Assembly: GCA_963666055.2 (NCBI GenBank)
Contig: CAXWPH010000006.1
Span: 96,001-160,000, forward strand
DNA length: 64,000 nucleotides
Direction: 5' to 3'
Origin: Acidobacteriota bacterium
GTDB lineage: Bacteria > Acidobacteriota > UBA890 > WLXD01
Both the position numbers and the translations under genes were made by a program. A model generated the notes under the pieces. The model was not told the origin of the DNA. It worked only from the letters and a program-made list of their open reading frames with translations, and searched no databases. Shown in pieces: positions 59,822 through 64,000 of this stretch. Positions within the stretch are counted from its first letter, which is position 1; each line of letters begins with the position of its first letter.

Positions 59822-60868
59822 CTACGCATCCTCGACGCGGCGACAGCAGGCCCGTAGGGACTCCGTGTACGGTGGACGCACGATGCCGCTTTCGGTGATG
59901 ACTGCGGTCACCAGACGGGCGGGGGTGATATCGAAGGCTGGATACACGGCTGAAACTCCCTCCGGCGCGATGCGCACCGAGTTCAGAATCACGACTTCCT
60001 CGCCGTCGCGCTCCTCGATCGGAATCTCCGCCCCGGAGGTCACGTCCAGATCGATCGTGCTTGTAGGTGCCGCAACGTAGAAGGGAATGCCGTGCTCGTA
60101 AGCCAGCACTGCGATCGTGTACGTGCCGATCTTGTTGGCCACATCACCGTTGGCGGCGATGCGGTCGGCGCCGACCACCACGACATCGACCGACCCGCGC
60201 TGCATCATGTGACCCGCCATGCTGTCGGTGATCACCGTGCACGGAATATCGTCGTGCTGCATCTCCCATGCTGTTAGTCGGGAGCCCTGCAGGAATGGCC
60301 GGGTTTCGTTGACCAGCACGTGAACGCGTCGGCCGGACTCGACTGCAGCGCGCACTACGCCCAGGGCAGTACCGTAGCCGGCGGTAGCCAGCGCGCCGGC
60401 ATTGCAATGGGTCATCACCCGGGCGCCATCCGCTATCAGGTCGGCGCCGTGTCTTCCCATCCGACGATTGATCTCTACGTCCTGCTCTCGAAGCAGCAGG
60501 GCCGCCTCCAGCAGCTGCCGGCGCGCCGCGTCTACCCCGTCGGACAGCGCCTCTTCGACAATCCGGCCCATCCGTCGAACCGCCCAGGACAGGTTCACGG
60601 CGGTAGGTCGGGCCGCCTCCACCCGCTCGCAAAGCGCCGCGAACTCGACCCGGAAAACCAACGGATCGTCGCTCAGACATCGCGCCTCCATCGCCAGCCC
60701 CAGGGCCGCCGTTACGCCGATAGCCGGCGCCCCACGAACGACCAGGTCACGAATCGCGTCGATCACCTGCTCGGCGGTATGCAACGCCAAATAGGTTTCC
60801 TCACCGGGCAACGCGCGCTGGTCCAGCAGTACGACGGCGCCCCCTTTCCACGCGATCGGCTCGATCAT
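59822..60868 (-). CDS. mtnA: Methylthioribose-1-phosphate isomerase
   Basis: LDQRALP, VRGAPAIG, RPTAVNL, THCNAGALAT, ETRP, GADRI, NKIGTY, FDITP. Confidence 0.95.
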   Translation of the reverse strand: MIEPIAWKGGAVVLLDQRALPGEETYLALHTAEQVIDAIRDLVVRGAPAIGVTAALGLAMEARCLSDDPLVFRVEFAALCERVEAARPTAVNLSWAVRRMGRIVEEALSDGVDAARRQLLEAALLLREQDVEINRRMGRHGADLIADGARVMTHCNAGALATAGYGTALGVVRAAVESGRRVHVLVNETRPFLQGSRLTAWEMQHDDIPCTVITDSMAGHMMQRGSVDVVVVGADRIAANGDVANKIGTYTIAVLAYEHGIPFYVAAPTSTIDLDVTSGAEIPIEERDGEEVVILNSVRIAPEGVSAVYPAFDITPARLVTAVITESGIVRPPYTESLRACCRRVEDA

Positions 60869-60980
60869 CCGTGCTCCATTCGGTTGACGCTGTTCGCCAT
60901 CGATCGTTACGATCTCCGGCAGAGTTACGATCTCGGCGAGCGCTTTCGCGACGCTATCTGCACTTTGTCAAGTTTTCACC

Positions 60981-61880
60981 ATGGCCTGGTTTCGCAAGAA
61001 ACGTACGTCGAAGCGCGCGGTCGGTGACCGACGCTCAGATATGCCGTCGGGCCTTTGGACCCGATGCAACAACTGTCGCGAGATCGTCTATCGCAAGGAG
61101 ATCCTGCGAAACGCCAGCGTCTGCCCCAAATGCAGCTATCACTTTCGCATATCGGCCAGCGACCGGCTGTCGCTACTATGCGATGACGGCCGCTGGACCG
61201 AATTCAACGAGCAGATGGCACCCACGGACTCGCTGCGTTTTCGCGATACCAAACGCTACCGCGATCGCCTCACCGACTACCAGGAGCGCACTGGCCTCAA
61301 AGACGCGGTGATCACCGCCGATGCTCGTCTCGAGGGCATGGCCGTAGTCTTTGCGGCCATGGAATACGGCTTCATGGGCGGTTCCATGGGGTCGGTAGTC
61401 GGCGAGAAGATAACTCGATCGGCAGAGCGCGCGCTCGAGTTGCGCGTGCCGTTGATCGTAGTGTCTTGCTCCGGCGGAGCCCGGATGCAGGAGGGGGCAC
61501 AATCGCTGATGCAGATGGCGAAGATCTCGGCAGCTTTAGCGAGGCTGTCAGCGGCGTCGCTGCCATTCCTCTCCGTGCTTACAGACCCGACAACCGGCGG
61601 AGTAACTGCATCGTTCGCCATGCTCGGGGATCTGAACATTGCCGAGCCGCAGGCGTTGATCGGCTTCGCCGGGCCGCGGGTGATCGAGCAGACCATTCGC
61701 GAGCGGCTACCCGAGGGGTTCCAGCGCAGTGAGTTTCTGCTGGCGCATGGCATGCTCGATTTGGTGGTGGCGCGCAGCGAGCTCAAGCAGACGCTGGCGA
61801 CTGTGCTCCGGCACCTCGGATTCGCTGCGGCCGAGGCGCCAGCTGCGGCCCGGGTAACGGCCGACGAGGTCTCCCCCTGA
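60981..61880 (+). CDS. accD: Acetyl-CoA carboxylase carboxyltransferase beta subunit
   Basis: LWTRCNNC...CPKC zinc finger, FMGGSMG, SGGARMQEG, PTTGGVTASF, GFAGPRVI. Confidence 0.97.
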   Translation: MAWFRKKRTSKRAVGDRRSDMPSGLWTRCNNCREIVYRKEILRNASVCPKCSYHFRISASDRLSLLCDDGRWTEFNEQMAPTDSLRFRDTKRYRDRLTDYQERTGLKDAVITADARLEGMAVVFAAMEYGFMGGSMGSVVGEKITRSAERALELRVPLIVVSCSGGARMQEGAQSLMQMAKISAALARLSAASLPFLSVLTDPTTGGVTASFAMLGDLNIAEPQALIGFAGPRVIEQTIRERLPEGFQRSEFLLAHGMLDLVVARSELKQTLATVLRHLGFAAAEAPAAARVTADEVSP

Positions 61881-61902
61881 GGGCACACCGTCGTACCGGC
61901 CG

Positions 61903-63244
61903 ATGAACGTGTCTGCGGCTCGCCGGCGACTGGAGCAGTTGGGTCCCGAAACCATGACGCCGGGCCTCGAGCGTATCCGTAACCTCCTGGAGGGGCTCGG
62001 GAACCCGCACCAGCGCTATCCGACGTCGATCGTCGCCGGCACCAACGGCAAGGGCTCGACAACGGCGATGTTGGGCGCGATCGGTCTCGCCGCAGGCCTG
62101 CGGGTGGGTGTTTACTCTTCGCCGCACCTGCACGATCTCGGAGAGCGCTTCCAGATCGACGGGCATCCGATCTCACAGAGCAGCCTGGAAGCTCACCTAG
62201 GCGCCGTGTTCGCTGCCGTTGACGAGCTCGTCGATAGCGGCCGAATGGAACAGCCACCCAGTTACTTCGAGATCCTCACCGCGGTGGCGTTCCGTTACTT
62301 CGCCGAAGCGCGGGTCGATCTCGCCGTGCTCGAGGTCGGTCTAGGGGGTCGCCTTGACGCTACCAACGTGACCAAGCCGAGGGTCGCCGTGATCACACCG
62401 ATCGCCCTCGACCACACCGATTGGCTGGGGGACGACATCGCCCAGATCGCCGAGGAGAAGTTCGCTGTTGCGCCGCATGGCGGGGTGGCAGTCGTTGCCC
62501 CGCAGCCGCCCGCGGTCACCGAGGTGATCGAGCGGCGCGCGCAGGAGCGCGAGATCACGCTGTTGCGAGCCACCGATTTCCCGGTCGAGGTCCGTGACGT
62601 CGACTCCCGCTTGCGCCACACTTTCGACTTGGCGGCACGGATGCGCTCGTATAGCGGGCTGCAGCTCGAGCTGGCCGGGTCGCACCAGGTCGAGAACGCA
62701 CGCTGCGCCGTGCTTGCTGCCGAGGCCCTCGATCGCCGTCGCTTGCGCATCAACTCCGACGCCATCTGGGCAGGGCTCCGCCGCGCCTGGATCGCTGGGC
62801 GATGTGAATGGTTCGAGGGTTCGCCGCCAATCTTGCTGGATGGTGCCCACAACCCCGACGCGGCGGTGGCGTTGACCGGCTATCTGGATCGGCTTCGCGA
62901 CGCCAACAGGTTCCCGACGACTCCACCTGGTGTTTGGCGCGCTCGACGACAAGGACATCACCGGAATGGCACAGCTGTTGTACCCGCGGGCCGACACGTT
63001 GATCGTAACGCGGCCACCATCGACGCGCAGTCCCCGGCCCGAGGAGTTGCTCGCTGCTGCGCCGGCCCCGGATACGGCGGTGGCGATTAGTAATCCGGCG
63101 GACGCCTTGGCGCACGCACGCGAGCTCGCCGACAACGACGATCTGATCTGCGTTACCGGCTCCATCTACCTGCTCGGCCAGCTGCGGCCGGCGTTGCTAG
63201 CAGCAACCGACGCGAACCCGCGTCCTAACCCGCCTTTCGTCTAG
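61903..63244 (+). CDS. folC: Folylpolyglutamate/dihydrofolate synthase, split by a one-base frameshift near 62913 (error or recent lesion)
   Basis: AGTNGKGST, SPHL, EVGLGGRLDATN, LDHT, LDGAHN in the first frame; VFGALDDKD...VTGSIYL continues in the ORF 62930-63244 frame. Confidence 0.88.
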
Positions 63245-63329
63245 GCGCTACAATGACCTTGGCTCTGGAATCAGGGTGCCCCAGACCATCGCTACGTCAC
63301 TGCCCGACGCGATCTAATTCGACTCCCGT

Positions 63330-64000
63330 ATGCTCGATCTTCAGCCACAGCGTCCGCCTGGCACATGGACCGTCAGCGTCCTGGCAGTTGCCGCGCTGGC
63401 CGGCCTTGCTAGCCATGTGGAGGCCCAGCAGGCGGGGATCACGCTGGGGCTCGCGGCGTGTTGCGAAGTGCAGTATCGGAACGTTCGCATCGAGGGCAGC
63501 GTCTTCCATCTCACCGGAGACGTCGACATCATCGACAACCAGCGCGGGATTCGGCTGCTAGCTGACTCGATCAGCTTCGATACCGAGGAGCTGAGCTTCG
63601 AGGCCACCGGCAACGTCTCGTTCGGGCAGGGAGCGCTGCTGCTCAACGGCAGCGCCATGCGCGGCGACCTGGACGATGCCACCCTCGAGATGGAAGACGT
63701 GATCGGCGTGGCACCGGGCCCCTTCTATGTGCGTGCGTCGCATCTCGAACAGATCGAGCCAGGCAAGTTCCGCGGCGACAACTTCGTGCTGACACCGTGT
63801 AACCAGAGCACGTCGATCTGGGAGTTCCGCGGCAGCAGCATGACCTTCAAGCCCGGCAAGTACGTGCGTATGTCCTGGCCGCACCTGCGCGTAAAGGGCC
63901 TGCCCTTATTCGGGCTGCCTTTCATGATCTGGCCACTTCAGGATTCAGCGCGGCAAACTGGACTGCTGATTCCGGCGCTCGCAACCTCGAGTCGCAAAGG
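63330..64000 (+). CDS. lptD: LPS-assembly protein LptD, runs off the window
   Basis: Manual translation: signal peptide, TGDVDI, RLLADSI, ATGNV, LTPC...W, GLPLFGLPFMIWP, RQTGLLIP; typical accD-folC-lptD order. Confidence 0.8.
   Translation, partial: MLDLQPQRPPGTWTVSVLAVAALAGLASHVEAQQAGITLGLAACCEVQYRNVRIEGSVFHLTGDVDIIDNQRGIRLLADSISFDTEELSFEATGNVSFGQGALLLNGSAMRGDLDDATLEMEDVIGVAPGPFYVRASHLEQIEPGKFRGDNFVLTPCNQSTSIWEFRGSSMTFKPGKYVRMSWPHLRVKGLPLFGLPFMIWPLQDSARQTGLLIPALATSSRK

Overview
High-GC (roughly 65-68% by eye), densely coding bacterial chromosome segment. It is most likely from an Acidobacteriota-like diderm, inferred from the GWxTD protein, Ig+VWA protein, carboxypeptidase-domain TonB receptor, TPR-ASPIC/UnbV protein and lptD. 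Most genes are housekeeping: a lipA-E1a-E1b-E2-E3 2-oxoacid dehydrogenase-type operon, NodI/J-like ABC exporter, thyA-folA, class II RNR (nrdJ) with NrdR boxes, ggt, rpoD, envC, thiolase, selB, tatA, a nucleoside salvage/catabolism cluster (pdp-nupC-punA-cdd-deaminase ... deoC), xdhC/mocA/ccdA, tRNA-Leu, secG-tpiA-pgk-gap, SLT, NFACT/RqcH, ECF sigma/anti-sigma, yggS/T, lepB, tsaD, mtnA, accD, folC and lptD. There is no CRISPR, prophage or intact transposase. Notable observations: (1) E1alpha and E1beta are full length but have both lost their ThDP-binding/catalytic residues while E2, E3 and LipA keep theirs, suggesting a pseudo-enzyme E1 module. (2) A family of CTAG-bounded non-autonomous elements sits repeatedly at TAG stop codons, including a 279-bp MITE made of two inverted structured modules. 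(3) DeoC carries an N-terminal extension resembling microcompartment cargo signals and lies near a nucleoside-scavenging cluster with a lipoprotein deaminase. (4) A Zn-ligand-less matrixin pseudo-protease lies in a surface-protein operon. (5) A relic of an hbd 5' end is fused in frame to envC. All functional calls come from reading motifs by eye; no database searches were run.
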